Shown: positions 17,857 to 25,600 of the stretch, piece after piece
How positions within the stretch are numbered: the stretch's first letter is position 1
Layout: each line of letters begins with the position of its first letter
Source of the DNA: a virus
Virus record (IMG/VR): IMGVR_UViG_3300045988_104813
Strand: one strand, 5' to 3'
Length of the DNA: 40,494 nucleotides
Program-made: the position numbers and the translations under genes
The notes under the pieces: generated by a model
The model's database searches: none
What the model saw: only the letters and a program-made list of their open reading frames with translations
What the model was told of the DNA's origin: nothing

Positions 17857-17905
17857 TTTAATGAAAAAGAGTGTGTAAGAAAAAACTAAATATAAATTAA
17901 ATATT

Positions 17906-17934
17906 AAAAGCACGTTTGCAGACGTGCTTTTTTG
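17906..17934 (+). terminator. Rho-independent terminator AAGCACGT-ttgcag-ACGTGCTTTTTT
   Basis: Read directly. Confidence 0.7.
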
Positions 17935-18026
17935 ATATTCAAATTTATTGAAAGGCGGTGATAGTGTGAGAGTAGGCACAACATACACATAGAAGAAAGG
18001 AATGGTGATCCGATTATCTCCCTGTT

Positions 18027-18054
18027 AGACGTGGGGTTATACGTCTTATTTTTA
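18027..18054 (+). terminator. Second hairpin plus T-tract (AGACGT-ggggttat-ACGTCT TATTTTTA)
   Basis: Read directly. Confidence 0.55.
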
Positions 18055-18084
18055 TACAATTTTTTTTAGAAAGGAATGATTTGA

Positions 18085-18606
18085 ATGGCAGAGCCAACAC
18101 CAAATCCAACACCAAATCCAACACCACCGGCAGACCCGACACCACCGACACCAGCGACAGGCGACGAGGGCAAGGCGATTGAGGACGCAGTGGCAAAAGC
18201 AAAGGCTGAATGGGAAAAGGACCTTGAACAAAAGCTAATGGACGCTGAAAACGAGGGCGCGAGAAAAGCTAAGCTATCGGCAGACCAACGCAAAAAGGAA
18301 GAGGACGACAAGGCAAGAGAGGATTTTGAAAAAGAAAAGGCGGAGTTTGAACGTGAAAAAATCGTTGCATATGCCGAAACGGAACTTGCCAAAGTCGGAT
18401 TGTCTGCCGAGATTGCAAAGTACATCATAGCAGAGGACAAGGATAGCACAAAGGCGGTTATCGACAAGATAAAAGAAAGCTATGACAAAGATGTACAAGC
18501 AGGTGTTACCGAGCGTTTAAAGGGCAAAACACCGAATTTAAACGGTGGCAGTGGCGGTCACAACACAGGCAGTTTTATGGACATAATCAGAGAAAATCAG
18601 AGATAA
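18085..18606 (+). CDS. Scaffolding protein (GP20-like) with N-terminal Pro/Thr-rich repeat (PTPNPTPNPTPP)
   Basis: Position before the major capsid gene; charged coiled-coil composition; 12-bp tandem repeat CCAACACCAAAT at nucleotide level. Confidence 0.6.
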   Translation: MAEPTPNPTPNPTPPADPTPPTPATGDEGKAIEDAVAKAKAEWEKDLEQKLMDAENEGARKAKLSADQRKKEEDDKAREDFEKEKAEFEREKIVAYAETELAKVGLSAEIAKYIIAEDKDSTKAVIDKIKESYDKDVQAGVTERLKGKTPNLNGGSGGHNTGSFMDIIRENQR

Positions 18607-18620
18607 GGAGTGAAGTGTAA

Positions 18621-19772
18621 ATGAGTTATTTGAAAAATGAATTGACAGGTTTTGTGCCTGTCGAGCAAGCAACAGACATCATCAAAATGGTGACAAGGGG
18701 TTCAAGTGTTTTAAGAATGGCGAAAGTCGAGGAAATGAAACACGAGAAAAAGAAGTTTAACGTACTTACAGACGGTCCGGGTGCTTACTGGGTCGGTGAG
18801 GGTGAGAGAATTAAAACAAGCGGTGCTACTTGGATTCACCCTGAAATCGAGGCTAAGAAGTTAGCCGTTATTATTCCGGTAACAAAGGAAAAGTTGGAAG
18901 ATACGACTATCAGCGTATTTGAAGAACTAAAGCCGGAAATTGCAGAGGCATTCTACAGAGCGATTGACGCGGCGTGCATTTTCGGTACAAATTCGCCGTT
19001 CAAGACAAACATTATGAACGCTATAGACAGCAAGCATATGGTTGTTACAGACAACACAAATATTGATATTGCTATATCTGACGCAATGTCAATGATTGAA
19101 GAAAACGGCTATGACCCGTCGGGATTTATCGGTCGTATCGGTGTTAAGAATATGCTGAGAAAATTGCGTGACGCAAACGGCGCACCTGCATATGTCAACG
19201 GTACAACAGGCGGTGAGCTGTACGGTCAGCCTATCGAATTTGTGCGCAACGGTGCGTGGGACAACAAACGTGCCGATATTATCACAGGTAACTTCAAGTA
19301 TGCCGTTGTCGGTATGCGTGCAGGTATCAATTACGAAATTCTTACCGAGGCTACACTACAAGGCACTCTTGACAGTGACGGTAAACCGCTATCACTTGCC
19401 GAGCAAGATATGGTAGCTATTAAGGCTACTATGCGTTTAGGTTTCCTTGTTGTTAAGGACGACGCATTTGCCGCATTTAAGAACGGTGTTCCGGCGATGG
19501 GTGAATTGGACGTTGAATCGGTTGCCGGCACAACAGGCAACACTGTTATTACGGTATCGCCAAAGCCTATCGGCGGTCACAAGTTGGTTTACAAGACTGC
19601 CGCAAGCACCGCTCCAAGTGTTGCGTATGACGACGATTTGTCGAAGTGGACAGAGTTTAACAACGGTGACGAAATCACTGCAACAAACGGTCACAAGATT
19701 ACAGTTGCGGAAGTTACCGCAGACGGCAAGGCGAGAAAGTCGGGCAGTGCCGACGTTGTAAGCGGTGAATAA
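18621..19772 (+). CDS. Major capsid protein, possibly with a C-terminal Ig-like decoration domain
   Basis: Size, position after scaffold, typical MCP character. Confidence 0.7.
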   Translation: MSYLKNELTGFVPVEQATDIIKMVTRGSSVLRMAKVEEMKHEKKKFNVLTDGPGAYWVGEGERIKTSGATWIHPEIEAKKLAVIIPVTKEKLEDTTISVFEELKPEIAEAFYRAIDAACIFGTNSPFKTNIMNAIDSKHMVVTDNTNIDIAISDAMSMIEENGYDPSGFIGRIGVKNMLRKLRDANGAPAYVNGTTGGELYGQPIEFVRNGAWDNKRADIITGNFKYAVVGMRAGINYEILTEATLQGTLDSDGKPLSLAEQDMVAIKATMRLGFLVVKDDAFAAFKNGVPAMGELDVESVAGTTGNTVITVSPKPIGGHKLVYKTAASTAPSVAYDDDLSKWTEFNNGDEITATNGHKITVAEVTADGKARKSGSADVVSGE

Positions 19773-19773
19773 T

Positions 19774-20127
19774 ATGGAGCAGTTGGGGACACTAAAAATG
19801 TTGTTGGGAATTAAGGACGACGAGCAAGACAGCTTGTTGTCCTTTTTGATTGATGACACGGTTAATATGATTATGGCGTATTGCCATATTGATGTACTGC
19901 CTCGTCAGCTTGAAAGCCTTGTTCCGAAGATTGCGGCGGATATGTACAGGGCGAAAGGTTATGGGGGCAGTAAAAGTCCCGAAGTAGTCAAGAGCATAAG
20001 TGAGGGCGAACGCTCCGTTACATACACCGAAACCGACAACGACAAGATTTTCAGCAACTATTATAAACGCCTTGACCCGTTCCGAAAACGAAAGGGGCGT
20101 GTTCCGAGTGACATCAGTATTCAATGA
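19774..20127 (+). CDS. Head-tail connector (gp6/gp15-like DNA-packaging/connector protein)
   Basis: Position; start moved to ATG 19774 just after the capsid stop. Confidence 0.5.
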   Translation: MEQLGTLKMLLGIKDDEQDSLLSFLIDDTVNMIMAYCHIDVLPRQLESLVPKIAADMYRAKGYGGSKSPEVVKSISEGERSVTYTETDNDKIFSNYYKRLDPFRKRKGRVPSDISIQ

Positions 20128-20422
20128 TTTTTACGATAAAACTGTTATAATCGCAGAATATGAAATTGACGACTATACAGGTAAAACCGAAAAGACTGTA
20201 TTATCCGAAATCAAAGCCGATGTACAACCGTACAGCGGTGGCAGAGCAAGAGAGCAATACGGTTTAGATATAGAATGTCAAATGCGTATGTTCTGCGATA
20301 TGTCAGACGACGTAAAGGTTGAAAACAGGGTCGAATATGACGGCGACATATATGATATAACATATGTGCAGAAATGGGACAGCGGTTTGGTAGCAATGCT
20401 CGAAAGGAGTAGGCTGAAATGA
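20108..20422 (+). CDS. Head closure / head-tail adaptor protein
   Basis: Start moved to GTG 20108 (AAAGGGG RBS) to avoid a 127-nt overlap; position. Confidence 0.45.
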   Translation: MTSVFNDFYDKTVIIAEYEIDDYTGKTEKTVLSEIKADVQPYSGGRAREQYGLDIECQMRMFCDMSDDVKVENRVEYDGDIYDITYVQKWDSGLVAMLERSRLK

Positions 20423-20829
20423 ATTTTTCAATCGAGGGGATAGAGAACGTTGTTGACAAGCTGACACAGTATGCGTCGGGCGATAAAATACAGCGAGGTT
20501 TGGCAATGGCGGGTGAAGTCGTAAGAGCGCACGCAGTGGCAAACTGTCCTGTTGCAACAGGGCGATTAAAAGGCAGTATCGTAAGCCAAGTGGACGGTGA
20601 CAGTGTTGCAATCGGTCCGACTGCCGATTACGGTATTTATGTCGAATTTGGCACAGGCTCAAAGGGCGACAAATCTGTTTCGCATACGTCAAAAAGACAC
20701 TGGACGTATTACAGTGGCGGTCGATTTTACACAACGTCGGGGCAAGCACCACAGCCGTTCCTCGTACCTGCACTGAAAAATAACATAAGTGAAATAATTA
20801 TGAAATTTAGGGAGGGGTACGGTGTTTGA
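20419..20829 (+). CDS. HK97 gp10-family tail-component protein
   Basis: TGRLKGSI…YGIYVEFGT motif. Confidence 0.7.
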   Translation: MNFSIEGIENVVDKLTQYASGDKIQRGLAMAGEVVRAHAVANCPVATGRLKGSIVSQVDGDSVAIGPTADYGIYVEFGTGSKGDKSVSHTSKRHWTYYSGGRFYTTSGQAPQPFLVPALKNNISEIIMKFREGYGV

Positions 20830-21175
20830 TATTGGTTTGGAATTACGGGATATTTTAAAGCAAATAGACGGTGTAAGTGTATGTTTTGCATATCCCGATA
20901 ATTTTAATAAATTGCCTGCAATAGCATATTACACGCTTACGGACAAAGGTTCAATGTCATACGACAATACAGTCATTACGAATGATACGACTGTTCAGAT
21001 TGATATTTACGCCGATTATCCGCAAACGTGTTTTGAATTGTCGGAGAGGGTATATAAATTGTTGACTGATCATGAATATTATCACGAAATGACAATGGAC
21101 GTACCCAATCCCGACGATAAAAGTATAAAACATAGGACAATGAGATTTACGAAAGTAGTAGAAAGGAATGATTGA
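20822..21175 (+). CDS. Tail completion / tail-terminator-like protein
   Basis: Position between gp10-like and the major tail protein. Confidence 0.4.
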   Translation: MFDIGLELRDILKQIDGVSVCFAYPDNFNKLPAIAYYTLTDKGSMSYDNTVITNDTTVQIDIYADYPQTCFELSERVYKLLTDHEYYHEMTMDVPNPDDKSIKHRTMRFTKVVERND

Positions 21176-21178
21176 TTT

Positions 21179-21796
21179 ATGGCAAATACAGCAAAAAGAA
21201 AACCACTACCTACAATAGGTGTGGACAAGTATACTTTCTTTAAAGTGAATGAGGACAGCGTTAGCGGAACGGAATACGGAGAAGCGTATAATTTGAAAGG
21301 AACGGTTGAAATTGCACCGACTGACAGCGGTGGCAGTGATGTTTTTGATGCGGACAACGGTGCGTATGAGGCGTCAAGCTATATCGAAAAATTGGGACAC
21401 GATATTACAAATGCCGATATTCCGCCGGAGGTTGACGCAATGTGGCGTGGATTGACACGCAAAAACGGTGTGGTTGAAGTCGGAAACGATGTTAAAACAG
21501 TATATTTCGGTGTGGCATGGAGAATTTTGAAGTCCGACGGCTCGTACCGTTATGTAAGATACTACAAGGGTTCATACAGCTTTGCGTCAAACGTCGGAGG
21601 TAAAACAAAAGCGTCAAGCGGTGCGCCTGAAAAGCAAACCGCAAAGGCTACATATACAGCCGTACAGCGTGATTTTGACAACAACTATTACGCATACTTT
21701 GACGAATGCGATTTGCCGGAAGGTGTCACAAAGACAGAACTTGAGGAAAATTGGTTTAAGGATATGAACTACTATCCTGTAAAGAAAGGACTGTAA
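21179..21796 (+). CDS. Major tail protein (TP901-1/phi13-like)
   Basis: Size and position directly before the chaperone/tape-measure genes. Confidence 0.7.
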   Translation: MANTAKRKPLPTIGVDKYTFFKVNEDSVSGTEYGEAYNLKGTVEIAPTDSGGSDVFDADNGAYEASSYIEKLGHDITNADIPPEVDAMWRGLTRKNGVVEVGNDVKTVYFGVAWRILKSDGSYRYVRYYKGSYSFASNVGGKTKASSGAPEKQTAKATYTAVQRDFDNNYYAYFDECDLPEGVTKTELEENWFKDMNYYPVKKGL

Positions 21797-21808
21797 AATA
21801 AACGTAAT

Positions 21809-21837
21809 TTGACATTATATGAGGTATAGTGTAGAAT
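21809..21837 (+). promoter_or_regulatory. Strong sigma-A-like promoter: TTGACA, 17 nt, TAGAAT
   Basis: Hexamers and spacing read directly. Confidence 0.45.
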
Positions 21838-21903
21838 AAAAATAGGCTGAAAAGCCTTGATATATGGAGAGCGGTGGCGGCTCTGTTTCGGAAAGGAAAT
21901 ATT

Positions 21904-21966
21904 ATGAGTGAAACCACAATACAACTTGTATTGATTTTGCTTATTGTATGGATATTAAAGAAATAA
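21904..21966 (+). CDS. Tiny 20-aa hydrophobic peptide ORF (MSETTIQLVLILLIVWILKK) with GGAAAGGAAA RBS; may equally be part of a non-coding leader/sRNA
   Basis: Read directly; follows the promoter at 21809. Confidence 0.2.
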   Translation: MSETTIQLVLILLIVWILKK

Positions 21967-22098
21967 CCGCCCTAACGCAATAGGACGGTTATTTGGGTAG
22001 AAAAATATTTTCTACACTAAATATAAACTAATGTATTAGAAACGGCTGTTTACCGTTCCTCTTATATCTAAATTATAACACAATAAAAAATGTATGTC

Positions 22099-22122
22099 AA
22101 GCACGCATATAGCGTGCTTTTT
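22099..22122 (+). terminator. Rho-independent terminator AAGCACGC-atatag-CGTGCTTTTTG
   Basis: Read directly. Confidence 0.65.
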
Positions 22123-22148
22123 GTATGCAATGAATTAGGAGGAATATT

Positions 22149-22418
22149 ATGCAACACACATTAACATTTAAACACGATAATAAAAAATACGTTTCAAAGC
22201 CGTTCGACTTTGAGGCAATGTGTATTATTAATGACGCACATAACGATGAAAATAAAAACGGACCGTTAAATATCTGCCGAGAGGCGGTGGACTATATGTT
22301 CGAGGGAACGGACGCAACGCAGGATATTATTGATGCCATTGATGTAGGCACACACTCAAGACTATGTATGGAATTATGGAAATTCTATATAGACGCGTTG
22401 ACAACAAAAAACGAGTAA
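22149..22418 (+). CDS. Tail assembly chaperone (gpG-like)
   Basis: Position between major tail protein and tape measure; overlaps the next ORF in the -1 frame. Confidence 0.7.
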   Translation: MQHTLTFKHDNKKYVSKPFDFEAMCIINDAHNDENKNGPLNICREAVDYMFEGTDATQDIIDAIDVGTHSRLCMELWKFYIDALTTKNE

Positions 22419-22615
22419 AGGGCGGTAATTCCTCAAAAAGCCAACCACTGCGTACTTTGTATGCAGATTGGTTTAGGCAAAGAGGGTTATTGCCGAATGT
22501 AATATCAAAGCAAAATCCGTTTGTTTTGTTTAAAATGATAGACGATTTGGAAGATGATACGGAAGAGGTCTATACAGGAAACGACCCGTATTTAAAAATG
22601 TTTTACGGAATGTAG
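22364..22615 (+). CDS. C-terminal extension of the tail assembly chaperone (gpGT-like), expressed by -1 frameshift from ORF 22149
   Basis: Overlapping -1 frame ORF; conserved G/GT arrangement upstream of the tape measure gene. Confidence 0.6.
   Translation: MYGIMEILYRRVDNKKRVKGGNSSKSQPLRTLYADWFRQRGLLPNVISKQNPFVLFKMIDDLEDDTEEVYTGNDPYLKMFYGM
22406..22412 (+). promoter_or_regulatory. Programmed -1 ribosomal frameshift slippery heptamer A_AAA_AAC
   Basis: In ORF1 frame …aca aaa aac gag taa; the -1 frame continues as KKRVKGGNSS… to 22615. Confidence 0.6.
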
Positions 22616-22629
22616 TGAGGTGATTTGTA

Positions 22630-25600
22630 ATGGCTGACGCGGCGGAATTAGTAGTAAGAATAAGAGGTGATGCGTCGGATTTAGAGGCAACAATAAGCGG
22701 TGTATCGCAACAACTCGAAGAATTGGAACGAACACAAAGCAATACAAATGGTGTGAAAGGTGTAAGAGAAAGCACAAGTGCATATCAAGGTCTTGCAAGT
22801 CAGCTTAAAGATACCGGAAAAGGTATAAAAGAAGTCGGCGAAAGTATTGACACGATAACAAAACCGATACAATACGCATCAACGGCTCTTGCCGCAGGCG
22901 GTGTCGCAAGTGCGAAGTTTGCAATAGATTTTGAGGATAGTTTTGCCGGAGTTAAAAAGACGGTTGACGCTACACCGGAACAGTTATCCAAAATAAAGCA
23001 AGGCATTATTGATTTGTCAACAACAGGTATTGACGGCAGAGGCGCGATACCACAAACAACGACTGAACTAAACGAACTTGCGGCGGCGGGCGGTCAGTTG
23101 GGTATATCACAAGAAAACATTATTGACTTTACGGAAGTAATGGCACAAATGGGTTCAGCAACAAACCTTGTCGGCGAAGAGGGTGCCGCAACACTGGCAC
23201 GTTTTCAGAATGTTATGGGTGTCGGTCAAAACGAAATCCGTAATATCGGCAGTGCAATCGTTGATTTGGGTAACCACAGTGCGACAACAGAATCGGAAAT
23301 CGCGGAAATGGCATTGCGTATGGGTAAATACGGTTCATCTGTACGAATGTCGGCGGCGGACGTGTTGGGTTATTCTGCCGCACTATCATCATTAGGCATT
23401 GAGGCACAAATGGGCGGTAGTGCGATAGGTCGTACGTGGCTATCCATAGAAACAGCCGTTGCAAGCGGCGGAGAGGGCTTGACGAAATTCGCAAAGTATA
23501 GCGGTAAAAGTGCGGAAGAGTTTAAAAAGCAGTGGAATACTGACAGCTCCGGTGCATTTAACGGACTGTTAAAAGGCTTGCAGTCTGCCGAGAATCTAAC
23601 TGTTGCGTTAGATGATTTAGGCATAAACAATACACAGGATATACAGGCTATGATGGCATTAGTCAACGGTTATGATTTAGTAACCGAGAGTGTCAATCGT
23701 TCAAACACCGCATACCAAGAAAATACGGCATTGCAAGAAGAATTTAATGCAAAGAATGAAACGACCGCATCAAAATTGGCGAACACAAAAAACAATATTA
23801 TTGAGGCGGCAAGAAGTATCGGCGAAACAATGTTGCCGTCAATAAAAGACGCAAGCACCACAGTAGCTGATTTTGCAAAAGGATTGTCGCAAATGGACGA
23901 CGAGCAAAAACGTGCTGTTGTTAATACGGGTGCGACAGTTATTGCGATAGGTGCTATTTCAAAAGTCAGTGCCGGAGCAATCAAAGGTGTTGGCGGAATT
24001 GTTGAGGCAGTCGGCAACATCAAAAAGGCATTTTCAACAGGCGGAGCATTGGCGAAGTTTGCACCGACATTGACAAGTATCGGTGCGGCGGCAGGTCCTG
24101 CCGCATTAGCTGTTGCCGGTATTGCTACGGCGGCGATAGCCGGAAAGGTTGCATATGACAAATGGTATCAATCACAATACAGATGGAGTGAGGGGCTGTC
24201 AGAGGGCAACGAGAAAGTCAAGGAAAGCCTTGAAAAATACAAATTCTTGAATGATATTCAAGGACAAATAAAGTCGCTGAAAATGGTTATTGAAAGCCCC
24301 GAAAGCAGTCAAGAACAAGTTGACAATGCAAAAAGCAAGTTAGAAGAAATAAAGGAAATGCTATCACAGGAATACAATCTTGTTATCAATTCCGATAATT
24401 CTAATTTAGACGACGCAGTTGAACAAGTTACAAAACTGTCTAAGAATGAATTGCAATCTAACATAAATAATCAACGTGCCGAATTATCTGAATTAGTAAA
24501 TAATAATGCTAATTATATACAAACACGACGCGAGGCACAAGAAAATTATAACAAAGAATTGGAATTGCAGACCAAATATTCAGAGGCACAGTCTAAAGTC
24601 AGTGACATTACTGCAAAAATAGCAAATAACGAAATCACTGCGGCTGAGGGGTATGCGAAAGCTAAAGAGATATATAAAAATACAATAGGTAGTGACTATG
24701 AAAACGCAATAACAGATGAATCCGATAAGAATGCCGAAAGCGTGCTTGCTTCAATCACCGGCAGTTATAAGGTTGCGACAGGAATACTTGAAGATTATAA
24801 AAAGCAACTGGATGATTTGGACGGTTCACATCAAGAACTACATGATACAGCAGAAGAACTGTCTAACATGGAGCTTGAATTGTTAAAAATGTCAGTGGCA
24901 AATAAGGATAATGAGAGTGTGGAAAAATCATTGTCTGATATGAAAGAATTTATTTCAGCGGGCAAACTGGATATGAACAGTTATGCTCAAGCCGCGGCAT
25001 TGGCAATGAATGGAGTTGATAATTTAGAGTCTGCGTGGGAAAAAGCGGCAAATGGTGACGGAACAGAATTGAATAATATAATTAACGATTATGTTCATTC
25101 AATGCAAAAGTTTGGAGCATATTCAGGTGATATTGCAACAAATGCCGCTTTACTGCAAAATGGATTTAAGACTGTAAAAGAAGCTGCCGAAAATGGTAAA
25201 CTTGATGTTATTACCGAACAGGCAAACGAATTAGCACACAGTATGGGACTGATTCCCGAAAATAAGCGGATAGTGATAGATGCCGACGGGAACATTTCGG
25301 TAGTAAAGGAACTTCAACAGGCTGTAGATGATGTAAATACAAAAGGTGACGTAAAACTGCAAGTCGATGCAGAGGGCGATGTTTCTGTATTGGACACAGC
25401 TGATGAAAAATTAAAAGAACTTGTCAAAAATGACGAAGTTCAGATTAAATTTAATGTCGATACAGGCGGTTTTGATATTAACGATTTGAATGGTAATAAG
25501 TTGGGTGAAATCACTGCAACGGGTAAAGTTATATGGACTAACGACAGCACAGAACCCGACAACTATACGGCACCACCCAAAGAGGGCAATGTTACATTTA

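Noticed and set aside
18066-18467. Minus-strand ORF with a GVGGVGSAGGVGFGVGFGVG repeat
   Set aside because: It is the antisense reading of the scaffold gene's Pro/Thr-Asn repeat (CCAACACCAAAT tandem); not an independent gene.
23660-24170. Long minus-strand ORF (23670-24161) with Ala/Pro/Ile-rich sequence inside the tape measure gene
   Set aside because: Antisense reading of the Ala/Gly-rich hydrophobic segment of the tape measure; typical low-complexity shadow ORF.
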